Notes under the pieces: generated by a model
The model's database searches: none
What the model was told of the DNA's origin: nothing
Seen by the model: the letters and a program-made list of their open reading frames with translations, nothing else
Source: an uncultured Acidobacteriota bacterium
GTDB taxonomy: Bacteria > Acidobacteriota > Thermoanaerobaculia > Multivoradales > UBA5704
Direction: 5' to 3'
Assembly: GCA_963770895.1 (NCBI GenBank)
Contig: CAVYRF010000002.1
Location: 1,728,001 to 1,792,000, forward strand
Length of the DNA: 64,000 nucleotides
Part shown: one piece after another, positions 18,391-26,600 of the stretch
Layout: each line of letters starts with the position of its first letter
How positions within the stretch are numbered: the first letter of the stretch is position 1
Program-made: the position numbers and the translations under genes

Positions 18391-19473
18391 GTGGAACGTA
18401 CAATCAGATACGCGAAGCTGGTCCTGCTGCTGCTCCTGCCGCTGGGCGGGCTGACCGGCTGCGGCATGGTGGATAGCATGGCGGGTTACTCGGAGGCCAA
18501 GGACCTTCAACGGGTGGGGGTTCCCGCCCAGGCGAAGATCCTGGCCATCGGCGAGACCGGGATGTCGATCAACGATGAACCGGTGATCCGCATCGACGTG
18601 GAAGTGCAGCCCGCCGACGGGCCGCCGTACCAGGCGACGATCAAGCGGCTCCTCATCTCCCGGCTGGAGATCCCGCAGTACCAGCCCGGTCAGGTGATCG
18701 CCGTCCGCTACGATCCGCACCAGCCGGACCGGGTTTCGATCGACCTCGGGCCGCCGCCCGCCGCCAAGACCGGCAATCCCTTCGCCGACAACTTTGTCGC
18801 GGAAGCATCCCAGTCCAACCACCGGCTGCCGTCGTCGGCCGCGCCGTCGCTCTATCGCGGCAGCGACGACGATCTGGCCGACGTGCGGGCTCTGGAGCAG
18901 AACGGCTACCTGCGGCTGGGAGTCTCTTCCTTCGAGGGCGGCGCCGCGGACCCGCGGCAGGCGGTGGAGCAGGGGACGCGCCTGGGCGCCGCACTGGTCG
19001 TCGTCTACGGCCAGACGACCGCCGCGGAGGGCGCCATCCCGCAGCCGCTGCCGTACCATCCCGACTCAGCCGGCGGCGCGGCGACGCCGGCGGTCGCCGA
19101 CACCTCGGGCGCCGCCGCCACGATCGGCCTGCTGCCGCCGCGCCCCCCCTCCCAGCACAGCGCAAGCTATTGGGCGAAGCTGCCGCCGATGGTGCTGGGC
19201 GTCATGACGCGGGCACTGTCCGACCAGGAAAAGGCACGCCTGCAGCGCAACGACGGCATGGTCGTCGAGCTGGTGGTCAACAATTCCCCGGCCTCCAGCC
19301 ACATCGTGCCCGGCGACGTCATCACCGCGATCGACGGCAAAAAGATCCTGGACTTCCGGGCCGTGCCCGCCTTCCTGGATTCGATCGCCGGCCGCAACGT
19401 CCGCATCGACCTGCTGCGCTACGGTTCGCCCCTGACGGTCGACGTCCAGCTCAACCCCCTGCCGCCTGCCTGA
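18391..19473 (+). CDS. Lipoprotein with C-terminal PDZ domain
   Basis: GGAGG SD then GTG 18391. Lipobox LTG-C. C-terminal GMVVELVVNNSPA..IVPGDVITAIDG..LLRYG (PDZ). N-terminal beta-rich (OB-like) domain. Confidence 0.8.
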   Translation: MERTIRYAKLVLLLLLPLGGLTGCGMVDSMAGYSEAKDLQRVGVPAQAKILAIGETGMSINDEPVIRIDVEVQPADGPPYQATIKRLLISRLEIPQYQPGQVIAVRYDPHQPDRVSIDLGPPPAAKTGNPFADNFVAEASQSNHRLPSSAAPSLYRGSDDDLADVRALEQNGYLRLGVSSFEGGAADPRQAVEQGTRLGAALVVVYGQTTAAEGAIPQPLPYHPDSAGGAATPAVADTSGAAATIGLLPPRPPSQHSASYWAKLPPMVLGVMTRALSDQEKARLQRNDGMVVELVVNNSPASSHIVPGDVITAIDGKKILDFRAVPAFLDSIAGRNVRIDLLRYGSPLTVDVQLNPLPPA

Positions 19474-19489
19474 AGCCCCGTCTGCAAAG

Positions 19490-19515
19490 CAGGGGCGCCC
19501 GCGCGGGCGCCCCTG
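19490..19515. terminator. Perfect 26-bp palindrome between convergent genes
   Basis: CAGGGGCGCCCGC|GCGGGCGCCCCTG, between the stops at 19473 (+) and 19576 (-). Confidence 0.6.
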
Positions 19516-19575
19516 ACCTGAGGCAGGCCACGATTCCGTTCCAGGCGCAGGGCGGCGCGGGCCGTTGGCGGCCGC

Positions 19576-20547
19576 TCAGATCCGCTTGAGCTCGGCCAGG
19601 CGGCGATAGTGCTCGCCCAGCGCGGTGAGCTTGCAGGATTTCGATTCGATTGCGGCGTTCCACATATGCGGAGCGTCGACGGGAACGACCAGGTTGACCC
19701 GGTTGTATTTCTGCAGGATCTTGAACTTGGCAACGTTTTGGGGGTCGGGGGGCGGCGCGCCGTCCGGCCGCCCGCGCATCTCGGGCTCGAAGGAGGGATC
19801 GAGCTTGAAGTCGAATCCCACCGACGGGAACAGTGCCGTCATCTGTTGCAGCTCTGCCAGGTCGACCGGCGCCGCCACCTCGCGCAGGGATACAAACCTC
19901 GTGACGTTGGTCTTGAAGACCGGCCGCTGCTGCCAGGGACCGAGGGACTGATCGATATGCGCATACACGCTGCCCGGTGTGACGTCGCCCACCAGGTTGG
20001 CCGCGGCTCCGCGCATGGCGTCCACGAACAGGGCGGTGAAGACGCCGCTGCCGTTCTCTTCACTGGCGTACTGATCCTTGGTCGACGCGGTGAGGATGGT
20101 CATTCCTTCGTTGATCTCTGCCGCCTGCCTGCCGGCCGGAGTTCCTGCTACCCCCGAATGGCAGCTGTCGAGCACGATGATCTTGTTTTGCGATGGCGAG
20201 TCGTTGGCCATCGTCAGCACCTCGCCGAGGGCCAGGCCGTCGTCGCCTCTTTTGCAGTCGCTGGCGCACAGGTAACCACCGGTCGATTCGACGTGGCCGT
20301 GGCCGGCAAAATAGAGCAGCGCAATGTCATGTTTGTCGGCAAACAGCCGAGCGACCTCATCTTTGATGTCTGGCCGCGACAGAGCCGTCTCGCCGCCGGT
20401 GGCGGTCATCAGCTGGACGCCGAAATTCGGCTTGCCGTTGGCATGCCGTTCGAGCACCGCCTGCACGGCATGTGCATCGTTGACGCAGCCGAACAGAGAC
20501 GGCACGTGTTGGTAATAATCGATACCGATCACAAGGGCCTTGCGCAT
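19576..20547 (-). CDS. Caspase-family (peptidase C14) protease with C-terminal extension
   Basis: [25 protein letters not shown] (His), IVLDSCHSG (Cys), [21 protein letters not shown] upstream. Confidence 0.92.
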   Translation of the reverse strand: MRKALVIGIDYYQHVPSLFGCVNDAHAVQAVLERHANGKPNFGVQLMTATGGETALSRPDIKDEVARLFADKHDIALLYFAGHGHVESTGGYLCASDCKRGDDGLALGEVLTMANDSPSQNKIIVLDSCHSGVAGTPAGRQAAEINEGMTILTASTKDQYASEENGSGVFTALFVDAMRGAAANLVGDVTPGSVYAHIDQSLGPWQQRPVFKTNVTRFVSLREVAAPVDLAELQQMTALFPSVGFDFKLDPSFEPEMRGRPDGAPPPDPQNVAKFKILQKYNRVNLVVPVDAPHMWNAAIESKSCKLTALGEHYRRLAELKRI

Positions 20548-20583
20548 GGAAATCGAATCCCTCCTCAAAAATAGTTGTGATGT

Positions 20584-21924
20584 TCAGCCGGCGCGTGCCG
20601 CAAGGGCGTCTTCCAGGACCTGCGCCCACGCCAGGATCTCGCCGCGGCGCTGCCTGGCTTCGCGGATGATGCGGAGGTTGCGGGCGGTGGTCTGGGCTTC
20701 CCAGGCCGCGCGGACGACGGCCAGGGCGTCGGCCAGCGCCGCACTGGCGCGCGCCTCATCCTTGGCCAGGACGGCGAGCTCAAGCCTGGTCGCGTAGTCC
20801 CAATAGTCGGACTTGCCGGCAGCGATGCGCCGTTCCACGGCGTAGGCGACGACCGGCAGGATCTGCAGGCGCGCGGGATCGGGGGGATCCGCCACCTCCA
20901 TGAGCGTCACGGCGTTCACCCCCGGATAGGCGTCCCGCCAGTCCGCTTCGAAGCCGCGACGGTAGCTGTCGATCGCCCTGGTCAGCAAACCCTTGGCGGT
21001 GAAGACGTCGCCCTTGTCGCGCGCGCGTTCCCAGCGGTCCTTGTAGACGCGGCCGAGGATGCCGCAGGTTTCGCTGCTGGGGCCGCGTTTTGCGATCAGC
21101 GCCACCAGGATCTGCTCCGCCTCCTCGCCGCGGCCCATCCGGTTGAGCGCCAGACCGAGCTGCTCCTGCACCAGCACGGTCTGGGCCAGGGGGCCCGGCA
21201 TCTTGCGCGCCAGAGCCACCATCCGTTCCCAGGCCGAAACCGCGCGATACGAAAGGAAGAGATCGATCACCACGCCGGCCTCGACGTCGGAGAGCGGTCC
21301 CAGGCCGTCCTCGACGGTCGCCACGGCCGCCTCGTCCTTGGACCGGGCGTCGGCCAGGCGCTGCTTCTGCTCCGCCGAGTAGCGCACCTGTTCACGAAAC
21401 ACGTCGGTTCTGTCGTGCGCGATCTGGTTGGGGTAGCCGTCCACCAGCTGGTAGATCGGGCTGTCGGCAGGCGGCTGATCGGCCGCGGCAGCGCGCGCTT
21501 CGCGCAGCCGCTTGACCAGATGCGACCGCGTATCGTCGAGGTCGGCCGGCGTGCCGGCCGGCGTCAGCGGGTAGGGCATCGCGCGCAGCGGCGCCACGTC
21601 GAACGGCAGCCGCCCGCCCTCGGCGAACAGCGCCACGGTGCTCCACGGCCGCACCGCATGGCGCAGCCCAAGCTCGTAGAACACGTTGGCGCTGGCCGTC
21701 GTCAGGTCGGCCACCGCGTACTCGCAAAGGATCAGCCGCTCGAACATCGGCTTGTGGATGATTCCCCCCGCCACCTCCTCGTCGGCGCGCAAGGGCTCGA
21801 GGCCCGCGGCACGGATCGCGGGAGCGATCAGCTCCCGATAGACACCGTCGAAGTCGATCAGCATGCCGCCAGCATCAGTCTTGGCGCCGAACGGCATCAG
21901 CACGAAGCAAAGCGGAGAGGGCAC
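20584..21924 (-). CDS. DUF4071/MAP3K TRAFs-binding-like protein: N-terminal deoxyribohydrolase/TIR-like domain + TPR-S repeats
   Basis: CFVLMPFG..DFDGVY..I.PA..RADEE..G.I..MFERL..ADLTT.SANVFYELGLRHA..LPFD, followed by LSYRA, ALNR, GILGRVYKD, YRRGFE, YPGVNA, DYWDYAT. AGGAGA SD. Confidence 0.85.
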   Translation of the reverse strand: MPSPLCFVLMPFGAKTDAGGMLIDFDGVYRELIAPAIRAAGLEPLRADEEVAGGIIHKPMFERLILCEYAVADLTTASANVFYELGLRHAVRPWSTVALFAEGGRLPFDVAPLRAMPYPLTPAGTPADLDDTRSHLVKRLREARAAAADQPPADSPIYQLVDGYPNQIAHDRTDVFREQVRYSAEQKQRLADARSKDEAAVATVEDGLGPLSDVEAGVVIDLFLSYRAVSAWERMVALARKMPGPLAQTVLVQEQLGLALNRMGRGEEAEQILVALIAKRGPSSETCGILGRVYKDRWERARDKGDVFTAKGLLTRAIDSYRRGFEADWRDAYPGVNAVTLMEVADPPDPARLQILPVVAYAVERRIAAGKSDYWDYATRLELAVLAKDEARASAALADALAVVRAAWEAQTTARNLRIIREARQRRGEILAWAQVLEDALAARAG

Positions 21925-21948
21925 GGTTCAGTCTCCTGGTGAAGGTCG

Positions 21949-21985
21949 ATTGTACTGATTCTACAATGATACTGAACTTTTGAGA
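21949..21985 (-). promoter_or_regulatory. AT-rich promoter region of the TPR-S/caspase operon with an inverted repeat
   Basis: ATTGTA-7 nt-TACAAT (21949-21967). The minus strand carries TAGAAT and TACAAT -10-like hexamers. Confidence 0.4.
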
Positions 21986-22028
21986 CAGCGCGAAACGCGG
22001 CCGCCTGGAGCCGCGGGTGCCGCGGTGA

Positions 22029-23465
22029 TCAGACTTCGAAGAGGATGCCTTCGGTGGCGCCGCGGGCGGAATTGATGACGCCGGTGGAGTCGTGGCGCGG
22101 CATCATGCGGATGAAGCCGCCGCCGTAGGATTCGCCGAAGGCGAAGAGGCCCCAGACCAGGTCGTGGACGGCGGTGCCGTGGTCGCCATATTGATAGAGG
22201 TGCGGCCGGGAGGCGACGTGCTCCTGGGCCAGGTAGCCGGGTTGACCGGCCAGGCGGTCGACGACGGCGCGCCAGGCTTCGGGCGTCATGGCGGGGCCGA
22301 CGAAAACGTCCCTTCCCTGGAAGCCGGCGATCGGTTTGATGACGAAGCTGCAGCGCTCTTCGCGCAGCAGTTGCGAAAGGTTTCGGGTTTCGCCGCGGTA
22401 GGTGACCTGGCTGTCGGCCAGGTCGCGGCACCAGGGCACGTGGGCTTCGATGATCGCTCGCTCCTCGGGCGTGAAACGGTCGCCCGCGGCATGTTGCGAC
22501 AGCAGCGCCAGGTTGCGCTTGTCGTTGAGGATCAGCTCGACAGGGCCGTTGTACAACGTCAGCTGCTCGGCCTTGAAACTGCGGTAGATCGCCTGCGGCC
22601 GGTCTTCGCTGCTCATTTCGATCAGCGCGTGCAGCGGCATCGCGCCGAGGTAGACGATGCCGCCGCGCACCGCCAGCTGGCCGAAGTGGGCGACGATCAG
22701 GTGACCGGCGGCGGCGCCCGCACGCCGGAGCAATGATTCATACATGCCGTTCAGTTCGTCGAAGGAGAGGGCCGCGGCGAGGTCCGGCGAGGTCACCACG
22801 GCGCAGTTGACGGCGCCGTCCGCGCAGTGCGGGCGCGCCACGTTGTCCTCTACGACGTGACGCAGGAGAACCTCCAGCGGGTCGACGTGCACGGGGTGCA
22901 AGCCGCGCTCGGCGATAAAGGAGGCGACCAGCGGATGCTTGCGGCATGCCTCTTCGAAGTAACGCAATTGCCAGCCTCCCAGGCGGCCGGCGTTGACTTC
23001 GATGCACTTGACGCCGGCGACCGAATCGATGAGGTCGCAGCGCGCGACGGCGGTGTCGATGCCGTTGGGCGGCGCCAGCAGCAGGGTCGCCATCAGCTCG
23101 CTGGACAGGCGGTAATACTTGGCGATCCGCACCGGGTCGCCGTCGAAGATGCGTTCGGGGATGCTCTTGAGCAGGCGGGTTACGCCGACCGTGGCGCGGC
23201 GCAGCTCCGCCGACTTGCGGGCGTCGACGAAGGTGGGCCACGACTGCAGGCGGTAGTACTCGCCCGCCTGCACCCGCAGCCAATCGGGATAGCTGGCGGT
23301 GCGATAGTCGATCGGCGCGAGCCCCAGCGGATGGGCGGCGGCGAAGTCGAGGAACTGGCGCGCCGCGGCTGACAGATCCATGGCGCTGGCAAGAGCTTCC
23401 GCCGGCGGCGAAGCCGCGGACGGCCCGGCCGGCGGTTGCTGCGCATTCGAAATCAGCTGGTTCAT
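22029..23465 (-). CDS. Circularly permuted ATP-grasp / glutathionylspermidine-synthase-like ligase
   Basis: ARCDL..KCIEVNAG, NDKRNLALL, FVIKP..G..V..G, YLAQEHV, VINSARG. ATG 23465 with GAGGAG SD. Divergent from the NRPS. Confidence 0.75.
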   Translation of the reverse strand: MNQLISNAQQPPAGPSAASPPAEALASAMDLSAAARQFLDFAAAHPLGLAPIDYRTASYPDWLRVQAGEYYRLQSWPTFVDARKSAELRRATVGVTRLLKSIPERIFDGDPVRIAKYYRLSSELMATLLLAPPNGIDTAVARCDLIDSVAGVKCIEVNAGRLGGWQLRYFEEACRKHPLVASFIAERGLHPVHVDPLEVLLRHVVEDNVARPHCADGAVNCAVVTSPDLAAALSFDELNGMYESLLRRAGAAAGHLIVAHFGQLAVRGGIVYLGAMPLHALIEMSSEDRPQAIYRSFKAEQLTLYNGPVELILNDKRNLALLSQHAAGDRFTPEERAIIEAHVPWCRDLADSQVTYRGETRNLSQLLREERCSFVIKPIAGFQGRDVFVGPAMTPEAWRAVVDRLAGQPGYLAQEHVASRPHLYQYGDHGTAVHDLVWGLFAFGESYGGGFIRMMPRHDSTGVINSARGATEGILFEV

Positions 23466-23641
23466 TTCCTGCTCCTCAACCTTGCGCAAGAAGGATAGCA
23501 GGCGCGCGCCGTTCGCGCCCAGTTGCGTGCAATCTTTTAGAACAATTATGCCGACATTCGCATTCTATGGAATCTAAAGTTAGTGCAGATATTGTGAAGA
23601 TCCAGATTTTGAGATCTTTGCGTCATACTTCCTGGAATCCC

Positions 23642-23670
23642 TTGCTTCACGAATTAGCTTGGCCTAGCAT
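23642..23670 (+). promoter_or_regulatory. Candidate sigma70 promoter for the NRPS operon
   Basis: TTGCTT (23642-23647)-17 nt-TAGCAT (23665-23670), within an AT-rich divergent intergenic region. Confidence 0.4.
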
Positions 23671-26600
23671 GACACCGCAGAAACACTTACCTGGTGGCGC
23701 CTTGCGCAAGGACTCTACAGAGAGCATCCGGCGGGAACCCTTTTCGTCGACGAGCAACCAGCCGCGGCCGCGACCGGCGGATTTGCCTGCCGATCTTTCG
23801 CAAGGCGAGCGGTCGCTGTGGTTCGTGCACCACCTGGCGCCCGAAACCGGCGCATATAACATCGCCGCCGCGGCGCGCGTGTGCACCGCCGTCGACAGCG
23901 GCGCCCTGGAGCAAGCTTTTCAAGGGTTGGTGGACCGTCACGCCGCCTTGCGCACCCGCTTCCCCGAGCTGGACGGCGCGCCGCGCCGGCAGGTCGCGGC
24001 AAAGGCGCGCGTGGCCTTTGTGCGCCAGGACGTCGCGGCGCTGAGCCGGGACCAGCTGCGCGAGCGGCTGGCCGAGGAGGCCTGGCGCCCCTTCGACCTG
24101 CGGCGCGGCCCCCTGCTGCGCGTGACCCTGTTCGAGGGCGATCCCCACGGTCCGGTGCTCCTGCTGGTGGTGCACCACATGGTGGCGGACTTCTGGTCGC
24201 TGGCGATCCTGGTCCGCGAGCTGCCGGCGCTCTACGGCCAGGCCGCCTGCGGCAGGCCCGCCGAGCTGCCGCCCCCGGGCCTGCCCTACGAAGAGCACGC
24301 GCGGGCGGAGCGTGAGACGCTCGCTTCGCCGCGCGGCCCGGCCCTGCTGGCCTTCTGGCGCCAGCAGCTGGCCGGCCTGCGGACGCTCGACCTCCCCCTC
24401 GATCGTCCTCGCCCTGCCGTGCAGACGTTCCGCGGCGATTGCGTCCGGCTGCGGTTGCCGGGTCCGCTGACCGAGGGCCTGCGGGCGTGGAGCCGCCGGC
24501 GTCACGCGACGCCGTTCATGGCGTTTACCGCGGCGTTCCAGACGCTGCTGAGCCGCCATGCGGGCCAGACCGACCTGGCGATCGGCGCGCCGCGCGCCGG
24601 ACGCTCGCAGTCGCAGTTCGCCGGCACCGTGGGCTACTTCGTCAATCCCGTCGTGTTGCGCGGCGACCTGGCCGGCGATCCGACGTTTGCCCAGCTCCTG
24701 GAGCGCACCAGGACCATGGTGCAGGCGGCGTTCGCTCACGGCGACTGCCCGCTGCCGCTGCTGGTCGAGCACCTGGAGCCGCTGCGCGACGCCAGCCGGA
24801 CGCCGCTGTTTCAGGTCTCCCTGGTGATGCAGAAGGAGACGCGCGGCGTTGCGGGTCTCACCGCCTTCGCGCTCGGCGAAGCAGGAATCGAGGTCGGCAC
24901 CGACGACCTGCGGCTCGCATCGCTGTCGCTCGACCGGCCGCCCGCGCCCTTCGACCTGCAGCTCCACGCGGTCGAGCGGCAGGGCTCGCTCAGCCTCGCC
25001 CTGCAACACAACGCCGACCTGTTCGACCGCACCACGGCGGCGCGCTGGCTGGAGCGCCTGGCGGCGCTGGTGGCGGGCGTCGTCGCCGATCCCGAGCGGC
25101 CGCTTTCGGCGCTGCCGCTGCTCTCCGCCGCCGAGCGGCACCAGCTGCTGCGCGAATGGAACGACAGCGCTCGGCCGCTGCCGGCCGCGGCGCCGGCAAC
25201 GCTGCACGGCCTTTTTGCGGCGCAGGCGGCGCGCACGCCGAACGCCGTCGCCCTGGTGGCAAACAGCGCGAACGCCGCAAACGCCGCCGCCGATGCCTCC
25301 AGCCCGGCCGCGGCGCGCTGGACCTACGGCGAGCTGGACCGCTGGTCCGATCACCTGGCGCGCCGCCTGGCCTCCCTTGGCGTCGGACCGGAGGTTCGCG
25401 TCGGGGTCTGCCTGCCGCGCACGCCGCTGCTGGTCGCCTCGCTGCTCGCCGTGCTCAAGGCCGGCGGCGCCTACGTGCCGCTGCTCCCCGACCATCCGGC
25501 CGATCGCCTGGACTTCCTGCTGCGCGACAGCGGCGCCGCGGTGCTGCTGACCGAGCGGCGATTGGCCGCCAGGTTCCCGGCGGCGGCCGGCGGCGCCACG
25601 CCGCGCGTCAAGCTGCTGCTGGTGGCGCCGCCCCGCGGCCGCAACCAGCGCCGCTGGCGGCGGGCGCCCGCCGTCGGGTCCGGCAACCTGGCGTACGTCA
25701 TGTACACCTCGGGTTCGACCGGCAGCCCCAAGGGGGTGGCGATCGAGCACCGCAGCGCCGTGGCGTTCGCCCGCTGGGCGCGCATGGTGTTCGCACCCGC
25801 AGAGCTGGCCGGCGTGCTCGCCGCCACCTCGATCGCCTTCGACCTGTCGGTCTTCGAGCTGTTCGTGACCCTGGCCTGGGGCGGCAAGGTGGTGCTCGCC
25901 GCCGATGCGTTTGCGCTGCCGCGGCTGGCCGCGGCGGGCGAGGTCGTGCTGCTCAACTCGGTGCCGTCGATCGTCGCCGAGCTGGCGCGCCAGGGGGCGC
26001 TGCCGCGGTCGGTGCGCACGATCAACCTGGCCGGCGAGCCGCTCAAGCGATCGCTGGTCCAGACGCTGCGCGACGCTTCCGCCGCGTCGCGCGTGCTCAA
26101 TCTGTACGGGCCCTCCGAGACCACGACCTACTCGACCTGGGCGCCGGCGCCCTTCGACGAAGGGCGCGAGCCGGCGATCGGCCGCCCGATCGCCGGCAGC
26201 CGCGCGGTGCTCCTGGGCCGGTCGGGCGAGCCGGTGCCGGTCGGCGTGCCGGGCGAGCTGCTGCTGGGCGGCGCCGGCCTGGCGCGCGGCTACCTCAACC
26301 GGCCGGACCTGACGGCGGAGCGCTTCGTGCCCGATCCGTTCCCGTCCGCGGCGGACGGCGCGGCGGGCGGCCGCCTGTATCGCACCGGCGACCTGGCGCG
26401 CTGGCTGCCCGACGGACGGCTCGACTACCTCGGGCGCATCGACGCGCAGATCAAGCTGCGCGGCATCCGCATCGAGCCGGGCGAAATCGAGCACGCGCTC
26501 GGCCGCCATGCCGCGGTGCGCGCCGCCGCTGTGCTGCTGCGCGACGACCTTCCCGGCGGCGCCGGCCTGGTGGCCTACGTCGCGTCGTCGCTCGCGCCGC

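Noticed and set aside
17473-19473. Apparent long bidirectional overlap of the 528-aa and 635-aa ORFs
   Set aside because: With SD-supported starts (18306 - and 18391 +) the genes are divergent and do not overlap.
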